64,000 nt of DNA from NCBI GenBank assembly GCA_040222015.1, contig JAVJWO010000176.1, forward strand, positions 18,173-82,172, given 5' to 3'. The notes below the pieces were generated by a model. That model had not been told where the DNA came from, did not search any database, and was given only the letters and a program-made list of their open reading frames with translations. The position numbers and the translations under genes are program-made. The DNA comes from Coleofasciculus chthonoplastes F2-STO-03. Lineage in GTDB: Bacteria > Cyanobacteriota > Cyanobacteriia > Cyanobacteriales > Coleofasciculaceae. Below are positions 31,349 through 40,545 of the stretch, piece by piece (the stretch's first letter is position 1; each line of letters begins with the position of its first letter).

Positions 31349-34300
31349 ATGAACACCCCAGATCCCCTAGCCGAAATTGCCGCCTGTAACGATCAGGCAT
31401 TAAACACCCTAACCCGATCGCTTACTAAATCCCAGGGAGAGTTTACCTTAATTCTGGCGCGGTGTAACTATACCTGTTTGCGATCGCAGATTCTCCACCT
31501 GCTACACCAACGCTGTTCCCTCAACCTATTTGAGTTAACCCTAGACTCATCGGCGCAGACGATATATACCGCGATTCACAATCATGTAGAGAATCAACAA
31601 CCTGATGCTATATTAGTCACCGGGTTAGAATCAGTAACGGATCTCGATAACTTACTCATCGCCACCAATCGAGTACGGGATTTATTTCGCAAGTTTCCCT
31701 TTCCCGTCGTCTTTTGGGTAACTAATCAGGTATGCAAACGGCTGATCAAAGTTGCCATGGATCTCTACAATTGGTCGAGTCCCAAGCTAGAATTTGTCCT
31801 ACCTGAACCTGCACTAATGGCATTAGTGGCAGAAACAGCGCACCAAGCCTTGGCAGATGAGGACAACTTAACCTTAGATGATACCGAATTACAAGCCATT
31901 CTGCAATCATACTCTGCTCAAGGACAAAATTTTCCCCCTGATTTTCATGCTATTTTATGCTTAAGTTTGGGAATCATTCACACCCGAAACAATCACATCG
32001 ATGCAGCGATTCCTTACTATCAGCAAAGTTTAACCCTTTGGCAAGAACATCAGTCCGGAGAACAGATGGGAATTACGTCACTGCATCTGGCTTGGGCGTA
32101 TGCACTGAAAGGGGAGCAATATCAAGCAGAAATTCGGGACTATGTGCAGCAAACTTGGCAGCATTTGCATCAGGAACACTGCACTGATTCCTTGATTCAT
32201 CATAGTTGTAAACTAGGAGATTTACTGCGACAGGTTGGTGACTGGGAAAAATTACAACAATTAGCGGAAAAAGCATTAACTTGGCATCAGCAGCAGGGGG
32301 ATGTCCAGAAAATTGCCCAAGATTATGGGTTTTTAGCCGATGTTGCTTTAAATAAACGTCAATGGCGGGATGCTCAAAAGTTCGCGCAGCAAGGGATTAA
32401 GGCTTGGCAACAGGTATCAGAGTTTGAGATTAAACGGTTAGGATTGTGTTATTTTATTCTGGCACAATCCCAGCAACACTTGGGTCAAGAAAAAGACGCG
32501 ATCGCGACATTGGCGACAGCGAGAGAGATTAGCTTAAATGCAACCATTCCCCTACATCAGTATGACCCGAAACTTTATGTTAATATCCTGCAAAACTTAC
32601 GCACTCTAAAATTTGCCCAAGGGGATTATTTAGACGCCTTTCATTTAAAGTTAGAACAACGGCAAATTGAGACCCAATATGGCTTACGGGCATTTATTGG
32701 TGCGGGACGACTGCACCCGCCACGACAGGTAATTCAGCCCGGTATTCGAGGAAGACAGGGATTATCCTTATCCCAAATCGTCGCTTCCTCTGGACGCCAG
32801 AAGGATGTCGAGGAACTATTAGAACGAATTCGACGACGCGATCGCAAATTGACGGTGATTTATGGGTCATCTGGGGTAGGAAAGAGTTCGATTTTGCAGG
32901 CGGGATTAGTTCCGATTCTGCAACAGACTTATTTTGAAGGACGGGATATTGTCCCTGTTTTGCTACAAGTTTATAAGGATTGGGTAGGGGGTTTAGATAA
33001 GGGTTTAGTGGAAGCCTTGAAGAAGGTTAATCGTTCTTCTATTTTTGCTAATGATTCCCTTGAGACTCAATCTGATCCCCCCCCCGCCCCCCTTAAAAAG
33101 GGGGGAGCTAAGAGAGGCTCTAACATTGATTTAATTGGGGATAATAAAAGAAGTTCTGACTCCCCCCTTCCCTTGCAGGGAAGGGGGGCTGGGGGGGTTA
33201 GGTCAACCCTATCAATGATTCTCAACCAATTGCGTCAAAATGAACACAGCCAACTGTTAACCGTGCTAATTTTTGACCAATTTGAGGAGTTTTTCTTTGA
33301 TCACAAAGATCCAGCCAGCCGACGAGAGTTTTATGAGTTTCTGCGTCAATGTGTAGAGATTCCGTATGTCAAAGTTATTTTATCTCTGCGGGAAGACTAT
33401 ATTTATTACCTATTAGAGTTAAATCGCACAACGCCGTTAACCAACATTGATAAAAATCACGAGCATATTCTCTATTACTTAGGGAATTTTTCAGCAGCAG
33501 ATGCTAAAGCCGTCATTCAGAGTTTAACCGCGCGATCGCATTTACCTTTTGAGCCAGATTTAGTTGACCAATTGGTGCAGGATTTAGCCAAGGATTTAGG
33601 AGAAGTGCGTCCGATTGAGTTGCAGATTGTTGGCTATCAACTGGAAACGGAGAAGATGACCACGCGGGAGGAGTATCAAAAATATGAGTCTAAGGAGGAA
33701 TTAGTTGAGGCGTTTTTAGCCGATGTTGTTCAAGATTGTGGATCAGGAAATGAGCAGGTTGCCAAACTCGTCTTGTACTTGCTAACTGATGAGAATAACA
33801 CTCGCCCCCTAAAAACTCGTGCGGATTTGGAATTGGAGTTAGAGGTAAAGAATGAAACGCTAGATTTAGTTTTAGAGGTGTTAGTCGAATCAGGGATAGT
33901 CTTGAGAGTTCCGGCTATTCCAGATGACCGCTATCAACTGGTTCACGATTATCTCGTATTATTTGTGCGTCATCAACAATCTGAGCGATTAATTAAGGAA
34001 CTAGAAAAAGAGAGAGAACAACGGAAGCTGACAGAAGCCAAGCTGAACCAAGTTCTGAGACAACAACTTGAAGACACTCGCCGTTCATTAGTGTGGAAAG
34101 TTGGACTCGGCGTTCTGAGTGGGGCGTTAGCAATATTCTTGCCATTTGTGTTACTGAATCAGAATGATAGTTATCTCAATTCTCGGATTACTGAAGCGAA
34201 AAGGAAACTTAGCTCAAACCAAGATTTAGAGGCGCTAGTTGAAACCTTAAAGGCTGGAAAACGGTTGCAACGTTGGTCAATTGGCGTCAATCCTGAGACT

Positions 34301-37300
34301 GAAATTAAAGTAAAAGCAGCATTACAGGATGTGGTTTACAGTATCAGAGAAGTGAATAGTTTTCACGGACATAGCGGTACAGTAACTTGTGTTTCTTTTA
34401 GTTCGGATGGTCAGTTAATTGCATCGGGTAGTGAGGATACAACGATTAGAATTTGGACTGTGGAGGGTAGGAAAGTTGCCACATTTAAAGGACATGAGGA
34501 TACGATTACCAGTATTGACTTTAGCCCAGACGGAAAATGGATTGTTTCTGGAAGTAAAGACAATACCCTGAAACTATGGCGTATTGAGGGCAAAGAACGT
34601 CAAGCAGTTGCTACGTTTACAGGACACAATAAACCCGTTACCAGTGTAAGCTTTAGCCCCAATAGTCAGCTAATTGTATCGGGGAGTGAAGACAAAACTG
34701 TAAAACTCTGGAAGCTTGATGGCCAAGAAGTTGACACGTTCAAGCATGATAAAAAGGTTAATAGCGTCAGTTTCAGTCCAAATGGTCAGCTAATTGCCTC
34801 TGCTAGTGATGACGAAACGGTAAAGCTTTGGAGTCAGGATGGTAAATTAATTAAAACCTTAAATCATGGTTCTTCTGTTAATCAAGTAGTTTTTAGTCCG
34901 GATAGTCAAATTATTATATCTCAGTTAGATCAATCCCTATTCTCATGGCGACAAGACGGTTTCTTGATAAAAAAATATAATTACAATTACTTTGGGGAAA
35001 TATCGGATTCTAATCAGAAAATATTTGCATTCTCTGATCCATTTTATTCAAACACAAAATACGTAACACTACTTCCATTTTTTAACGAAAAGAAAGCAAA
35101 ATTTAGATTAATAAAAGGTCATAAAAATAAAGTTAGTAGTATTGACTTGAGTCCAGATGCAAAAATGCTAGTTTCTGGAAGTGAAGATAACACAGTAAAA
35201 TTATGGGATGTAGAAAAATCTAGTTTTGAAACTCCCAGACATATTGATTTGAGTGGTACGGCAACTCATATAAATTTTAGTTTAAATTCTAATCTATTTG
35301 CCTCCACTACTACACTTTATACCCGATATGGGTTCAGCAAAATCAAAAATAAAAATACTGAACTAGAATTATGGAGTTTAGATGGCAAACTCTTACAAAG
35401 CTTTCCAGGAGAAAACTCAACAGTAAGTTTTAGCCCCAGCAGTCCGATTTTGGCTGCTGCCAGTAGCAATAAAGTTTTACAAATTTGGAGCGAAACTGGT
35501 AAAATATTTACCCTTAAAGGAACCAATATTGATGAAACAATTAGTTTAGGTGCTAATGACATAGCGCTAACAAATAATAATCATACACAACTGTCAAACA
35601 AAGATGATCAATCAAAAATATTTCTCAAGGGGCATGAAGATCAGATATATCTGATCGATTTCAGTGCTGATGGAAAGACTATTGCCACAGCAAGTAAAGA
35701 TAACACTGTTAAAATTTGGCAACGGAATGGCAAGTTAATTAAAACTTTGAAAGGTTACAAAGATAGAATTAATAACATCAGTTTAAGCTCAAATGGTGAG
35801 ACATTGGTTATTCATGATAGCGATAACAATGTAAAATTCTTGCAAAGAGATGGAACAATTATTAAGACAGTTCAAGGATATGGTCTTCTTAATGTTAGGT
35901 TCAGCCCTGATGGTCAGACTCTGGCGATTTTGGATAACCCTCTACCTCTATATATTTACACTAATAACACATTGACAACTTGGAAAATCGACGGCACTAA
36001 AATTGCCACGTTTAAAGTCAATGGCTGGATTAAAGATTTTAGCTCGGATGGCAAGACAATAGTTACTGAAGATGACAACAGTAAGCAATTCTGGGATCTA
36101 AACGGTACTTTGCTCAATACCTTTGACAAAAAAACAAAAGGCTACAGTCATGATTACCGAATATTGTTGACGGTCAAAGATGATAAAATATTACAACTTT
36201 GGCAGCGTGATGGAAGTAAACTTGCTACTATTAAAGTTCAGGCTGAGTCACTGTACAACGACATATATAGTGACTTTTTAGTTAGGTATCGTTTCAGTCC
36301 AGACAGTAAAAAGATCGCCCTGCTAACTAGCCAAAACACAGTGGAACTCTGGAAAACCGATGGCACTTTTATAAAAAGTATCCCATTTCAGATTGATCGA
36401 TTCGCTAACGAAAATCAACCTGAACGCATACCCATGAATTTTAGTCCCAATAGCCAAACCTTTGCCATTCGCAGTGATGACAACACTGTGCAACTTTGGA
36501 GTGTTCAAGGTAAATTGAAGCAGACTATTCAGGGACAGGGAGATGCGATTACCGATCTAAGCTTTCTGCCAAACAGCGAAACTCTTGCCATTACGGGAAT
36601 TGATGATACAGTGAAACTCTGGAAAACTGACGGCACATTGCTGAAAAGTCTTCAAGAACCAAGAAATCAGGTGAACCGCGTCAGTCATAGTCCCGACGGT
36701 AAACTGATTGCGGCTGCTAGCGATGACAAAACTGTTAAAATCTGGAACCGGGAAGGCAAATTAATTAGAACGCTTAAAGAACATACCGATCATGTTAATG
36801 ATGTGAGTTTCAGCCCCGACGGTAAACTGATTGCCTCAGCCAGCGATGATAAAACCGTCAAAATTTGGCAGCTTGATGGTACATTAATTAAAACCTTCGA
36901 TGAACATGGCAATAGCGTCAATCGGGTAACATTCAGTCCTGATGGACAGTTTATTGCTTCTGCGAGTGATGACAAAACCGTTAAACTCTGGAGTCTGAAT
37001 GACAAAACAACTCTCTCATTCTCTCATGACTATCCAGTGACCAGTGTCAACTTTAGACCCGATGGTCAACTGATTGCTTCAGCGAGTACAGAAAACGTAA
37101 AACTCTGGAGTTTGGATGGTAAACTACTGACAACCTTTGAGCGGATAGGCAGTCATGACGTGAGTTTCAGCCCTGATGGTCAACTGATTGCGGCTGGCGG
37201 TGATAATAACATTTCCGTATGGGATTCTGATTTGGATAAATTGCTAGAACGGGGATGTAATTGGGCGCGGAATTATCTCAAGCATAATCCCAAGGTGAAA

Positions 37301-37345
37301 GAACGCGATCGCACTCTCTGTGATGATATTGGTACTCAAGAGTAA
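31349..37345 (+). CDS. Multidomain STAND protein: degenerate NTPase-like N-terminus, TPR-like repeats, nSTAND1-like NTPase, TM helix, WD40 repeats
   Basis: YGSSGVGKSS, LIFDQFEEFF, RPIELQIVG, YQLVHDYL, many GH..V..V.FSPDG..IAS.S.D.TVKLW repeats. Confidence 0.88.
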   Translation: MNTPDPLAEIAACNDQALNTLTRSLTKSQGEFTLILARCNYTCLRSQILHLLHQRCSLNLFELTLDSSAQTIYTAIHNHVENQQPDAILVTGLESVTDLDNLLIATNRVRDLFRKFPFPVVFWVTNQVCKRLIKVAMDLYNWSSPKLEFVLPEPALMALVAETAHQALADEDNLTLDDTELQAILQSYSAQGQNFPPDFHAILCLSLGIIHTRNNHIDAAIPYYQQSLTLWQEHQSGEQMGITSLHLAWAYALKGEQYQAEIRDYVQQTWQHLHQEHCTDSLIHHSCKLGDLLRQVGDWEKLQQLAEKALTWHQQQGDVQKIAQDYGFLADVALNKRQWRDAQKFAQQGIKAWQQVSEFEIKRLGLCYFILAQSQQHLGQEKDAIATLATAREISLNATIPLHQYDPKLYVNILQNLRTLKFAQGDYLDAFHLKLEQRQIETQYGLRAFIGAGRLHPPRQVIQPGIRGRQGLSLSQIVASSGRQKDVEELLERIRRRDRKLTVIYGSSGVGKSSILQAGLVPILQQTYFEGRDIVPVLLQVYKDWVGGLDKGLVEALKKVNRSSIFANDSLETQSDPPPAPLKKGGAKRGSNIDLIGDNKRSSDSPLPLQGRGAGGVRSTLSMILNQLRQNEHSQLLTVLIFDQFEEFFFDHKDPASRREFYEFLRQCVEIPYVKVILSLREDYIYYLLELNRTTPLTNIDKNHEHILYYLGNFSAADAKAVIQSLTARSHLPFEPDLVDQLVQDLAKDLGEVRPIELQIVGYQLETEKMTTREEYQKYESKEELVEAFLADVVQDCGSGNEQVAKLVLYLLTDENNTRPLKTRADLELELEVKNETLDLVLEVLVESGIVLRVPAIPDDRYQLVHDYLVLFVRHQQSERLIKELEKEREQRKLTEAKLNQVLRQQLEDTRRSLVWKVGLGVLSGALAIFLPFVLLNQNDSYLNSRITEAKRKLSSNQDLEALVETLKAGKRLQRWSIGVNPETEIKVKAALQDVVYSIREVNSFHGHSGTVTCVSFSSDGQLIASGSEDTTIRIWTVEGRKVATFKGHEDTITSIDFSPDGKWIVSGSKDNTLKLWRIEGKERQAVATFTGHNKPVTSVSFSPNSQLIVSGSEDKTVKLWKLDGQEVDTFKHDKKVNSVSFSPNGQLIASASDDETVKLWSQDGKLIKTLNHGSSVNQVVFSPDSQIIISQLDQSLFSWRQDGFLIKKYNYNYFGEISDSNQKIFAFSDPFYSNTKYVTLLPFFNEKKAKFRLIKGHKNKVSSIDLSPDAKMLVSGSEDNTVKLWDVEKSSFETPRHIDLSGTATHINFSLNSNLFASTTTLYTRYGFSKIKNKNTELELWSLDGKLLQSFPGENSTVSFSPSSPILAAASSNKVLQIWSETGKIFTLKGTNIDETISLGANDIALTNNNHTQLSNKDDQSKIFLKGHEDQIYLIDFSADGKTIATASKDNTVKIWQRNGKLIKTLKGYKDRINNISLSSNGETLVIHDSDNNVKFLQRDGTIIKTVQGYGLLNVRFSPDGQTLAILDNPLPLYIYTNNTLTTWKIDGTKIATFKVNGWIKDFSSDGKTIVTEDDNSKQFWDLNGTLLNTFDKKTKGYSHDYRILLTVKDDKILQLWQRDGSKLATIKVQAESLYNDIYSDFLVRYRFSPDSKKIALLTSQNTVELWKTDGTFIKSIPFQIDRFANENQPERIPMNFSPNSQTFAIRSDDNTVQLWSVQGKLKQTIQGQGDAITDLSFLPNSETLAITGIDDTVKLWKTDGTLLKSLQEPRNQVNRVSHSPDGKLIAAASDDKTVKIWNREGKLIRTLKEHTDHVNDVSFSPDGKLIASASDDKTVKIWQLDGTLIKTFDEHGNSVNRVTFSPDGQFIASASDDKTVKLWSLNDKTTLSFSHDYPVTSVNFRPDGQLIASASTENVKLWSLDGKLLTTFERIGSHDVSFSPDGQLIAAGGDNNISVWDSDLDKLLERGCNWARNYLKHNPKVKERDRTLCDDIGTQE

Positions 37346-37429
37346 ATTTTGGTTCGTGGCTATCTTGTCCACAATTGTCCTGTGTTGAGCGGATAGCGCT
37401 ACTCTGAAATTGCACTCTTATCTTGTGCC

Positions 37430-38404
37430 ATGAACTCTATCCTGGTTTTCGGTAGCATCAACATCGATTTAGTCACCAAAACGCCTCGTTTACCTGTTGC
37501 GGGTGAAACGGTGAATGGATCTGACTTTTTTACCGCCCCTGGGGGGAAAGGGGCAAATCAAGCCGTCGCCGCCGCACGACTGGGAATGATGACTCACTTG
37601 GTTGGGCGCTTGGGAGATGATGCATTTGCCCATCAACTGCTGGCAAGTTTACAAGCCGCAGGTGTGCAAACAGATAAAATTTTGCGGGATACTTCAACAA
37701 GTTCCGGTGTGGCGGTGATTTTGGTTGATGAAGCGGGTGAAAATCAGATTGTGATTACAGCAGGTGCCAATGGACAACTAAATCAAACCGATGTGGAACG
37801 CCTCAAACCCCTCTTAGCCACAGCCACCGCGCTACTAATGCAGTTAGAAATTCCCCTAACAGCCGTAGTTGAAGCGGCTAGAACTGCCCATGACGCAGGT
37901 GTTCCAGTAATTCTTGATCCAGCACCTGCCCAGGATATTCCACCTGAACTGTACAGCTTGGTTGATATTATCACTCCCAATCAGATAGAAGCGAGTCAGC
38001 TTGTGGGTTTTGCTGTGGATAGTCTGGAAACAGCCAAACAAGCCGCGCCTATCCTTCAGCAACGAGGTGTGAAGACTGTAATTCTGACATTGGGGAACCA
38101 AGGCGTTTACTGTAGCACCCCATCTGAAAGCTTTTTTATACCAGCATTTCCAGTTCAAGTTGTTGATACTACGGCGGCGGGTGATGCGTTTAATGGGGCA
38201 TTAGCTGTGGCGTTGGCTGAGGGATTACCGATGCAGGAAGCTGTTGTTTGGGGTGCAGCAGCCGGGGCAATTTCGGTGACTCAAGCCGGGGCGCAGCCTT
38301 CGCTACCAAATCGCGAAACATTGGCACAGTTTCTAACGGATGTAGAGACGCGCCATGGCGCGTCTCTACGCAACATTCGTGGCGTTGTTTTTCGTTCAGA
38401 TTAA
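37430..38404 (+). CDS. rbsK: Ribokinase
   Basis: [30 protein letters not shown]. Confidence 0.93.
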   Translation: MNSILVFGSINIDLVTKTPRLPVAGETVNGSDFFTAPGGKGANQAVAAARLGMMTHLVGRLGDDAFAHQLLASLQAAGVQTDKILRDTSTSSGVAVILVDEAGENQIVITAGANGQLNQTDVERLKPLLATATALLMQLEIPLTAVVEAARTAHDAGVPVILDPAPAQDIPPELYSLVDIITPNQIEASQLVGFAVDSLETAKQAAPILQQRGVKTVILTLGNQGVYCSTPSESFFIPAFPVQVVDTTAAGDAFNGALAVALAEGLPMQEAVVWGAAAGAISVTQAGAQPSLPNRETLAQFLTDVETRHGASLRNIRGVVFRSD

Positions 38405-38676
38405 CCACCAGCCACAGCAGGGACAATGCTGACTTCATCGCCATCGCTGAGTTGGGTATTTGTGCCATCCAGAAAGCGAATATCTTCGCTATTGACGTAG
38501 AAGTTTAAAAAGCGGCGAGGCTTCCCTTGATCATCACACAAGCGCCCTTTAATTCCAGGACAACTAATTTCGAGGGAGTCCAAAAGTTCAGCGACATTGC
38601 CAGCGCTGCATTCAATCATTGCTTTATTGTCAGTGAATTTCTGGAGGGTGGTAGGAATTAAAACTTTTACAGCCAT
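38401..38676 (-). CDS. MoaD/ThiS/CysO family sulfur carrier
   Basis: Ubiquitin-like size, ends VPAVAGG. Confidence 0.9.
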   Translation of the reverse strand: MAVKVLIPTTLQKFTDNKAMIECSAGNVAELLDSLEISCPGIKGRLCDDQGKPRRFLNFYVNSEDIRFLDGTNTQLSDGDEVSIVPAVAGG

Positions 38677-38964
38677 AGATTTGGAATCAGTGATTAATGG
38701 GTAGATGTTCGAGATGTTTCCAAGTAGAGATATAGGGAAACAACTTAAGGTGATAAGCAATACTGGTCAGCTTTTGGGCTGTGTACTCGCACTTTTTGCC
38801 TCCCTTCTTCTACCCAAGCCGGGTTAACTACCCCCTTCATGAGTAGAGACAAGGCAACAGGCTTTCATCGGCTAAGGGATAAAGGGGGTTCCTGTCGTCG
38901 GATTTGGTATTACTCCCCTCTCCCAAGCTTGGGAGAGGGGCTGGGGGTGAGGGTTGTCAACGTA

Positions 38965-40278
38965 TTAAACCAAAACTTGTTGCCATTCTAAACGGTCAAG
39001 GGTATGCGCCCGTTCTAATGCTCGCTCAAAGCTATCCAATTTGGGTTCAATGGTGAGGGGTTCTCCAATATATCCTTGAACTGCTTCTTGGGTTTTGAGT
39101 CCATTCCCAGTGATATAGGCAACAGTGGTTTCATCCGGGTTAATTTTTCCAGCTTCCACCAATTTTTTGAGAACGGCAATTGTTGTACCGCCAGCGGTTT
39201 CGGTAAAGATACCTTCGGTTTCCGCCAGCAGTTTCATTCCTTCGACGATTTCAGCGTCGGTGACGGATTCAATAGTGCCGTTGGTTTTCTGGGCGATCTC
39301 TAGGGCGTAAATGCCATCTGCTGGATTTCCGATCGCGATCGACTTAGCAATTGTACTTGGTTTTACCGGAGTGACAAAATCCCGTCCTTCCCGGAAGGCT
39401 TGGGCAATGGGAGAACAGCCTTCGGCTTGTGCGCCACTGAAGCGAACCGCTTTATCTGCCACTAAACCAGTTTTGACGAACTCTTGGAAGCCTTTGTGAA
39501 TTTTGGTGAACAGAGAACCCGAAGCGAGGGGAGCAACAATATGATCCGGTAACTGCCAACCCAGTTGTTCGGCGACTTCAAAGCCCAGAGTTTTTGAGCC
39601 TTCTGAATAATAAGGACGCAAATTAATATTGACAAATCCCCAACCATGGGTATTGGCAACCTCACAACAGAGGCGATTGACCTGATCATAGTTGCCTTCT
39701 ACTGCCATTACGGTGGGGTTGTAGATTAATGTACCTAAGACTTTCCCCGCTTCTAAGTCAGCCGGAATAAATACACAACAATCTAAGCCCGCGTGTGCCG
39801 CGATCGCAGCGGTAGAATTAGCTAAGTTCCCTGTACTGGCACAAGATACGGTAGAAAATCCTAATTCTCTAGCTCTAGTGAGGGCTACAGATACCACCCG
39901 ATCCTTGAAACTCAAGGTGGGCATATTTACAGCATCATTTTTAATATAAAGATTTTTTAGACCCAGGCGTCGGGCGAGGCGATGGGATTTGACGAGAGGC
40001 GTCATCCCTGTACCCACATCAATAGGATTATCACTAGCGACGGGTAAGAAGGAACGATAGCGCCAAATTGAATTCGGACCTGACTGAATCGTCTCACGAG
40101 TAACGTGGCGGCGCAGGGCGTCGTAGTCATACGTGACTTCCAATGGACCGAAGCAGAACTCGCAAACGTGGATGGGCTGGAGTTCATACTCAGCACCACA
40201 TTCTTTACAGGTGAGGTTTTTGAATGTGGCAGAGGTGCTGGATGTATTGGATGTATGGGGGATGGTTGCCTGGGTCAT
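38965..40278 (-). CDS. thrC: Threonine synthase
   Basis: PTLSFKDR PLP lysine, CASTGNLA, YITGNGLK. Confidence 0.9.
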   Translation of the reverse strand: MTQATIPHTSNTSSTSATFKNLTCKECGAEYELQPIHVCEFCFGPLEVTYDYDALRRHVTRETIQSGPNSIWRYRSFLPVASDNPIDVGTGMTPLVKSHRLARRLGLKNLYIKNDAVNMPTLSFKDRVVSVALTRARELGFSTVSCASTGNLANSTAAIAAHAGLDCCVFIPADLEAGKVLGTLIYNPTVMAVEGNYDQVNRLCCEVANTHGWGFVNINLRPYYSEGSKTLGFEVAEQLGWQLPDHIVAPLASGSLFTKIHKGFQEFVKTGLVADKAVRFSGAQAEGCSPIAQAFREGRDFVTPVKPSTIAKSIAIGNPADGIYALEIAQKTNGTIESVTDAEIVEGMKLLAETEGIFTETAGGTTIAVLKKLVEAGKINPDETTVAYITGNGLKTQEAVQGYIGEPLTIEPKLDSFERALERAHTLDRLEWQQVLV

Positions 40279-40313
40279 GATGTGGTCTCTCTCTATTCGT
40301 CACTATTTTGCTG

Positions 40314-40369
40314 ATAGTATCACAGCCCAAAACCACCGTCAAACATACCCGACTTTTTTTGTCGGGATT
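40314..40369 (-). promoter_or_regulatory. sigma70-type promoter of thrC with adjacent Rrf2/IscR-like palindrome
   Basis: Minus strand TTGACG(40342-40337)-N17-TACTAT(40319-40314); ATACCCGAC-T7-GTCGGGATT at 40345-40369. Confidence 0.6.
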
Positions 40370-40486
40370 GATTTTGCGGAAAGGAAGCTGGGTAAGCTGG
40401 GGGAGATGAGGGAGATTATGTAGGGGCGGGTTTCACTACTATTGTTTGAAATGGTGCGTTACGCTTCGCTAACGCACCCTACATAC

Positions 40487-40545
40487 GAATGACAAATGAC
40501 GAATGACAAATGACGAATGACAAATGACAAATGACAAATGACAAA
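40487..40545 (+). repeat. Heptamer tandem repeat (GAATGAC/AAATGAC; STRR-type), also 53536-53571 and 61120-61146
   Basis: Direct tandem copies overlapping start codons. Confidence 0.85.
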
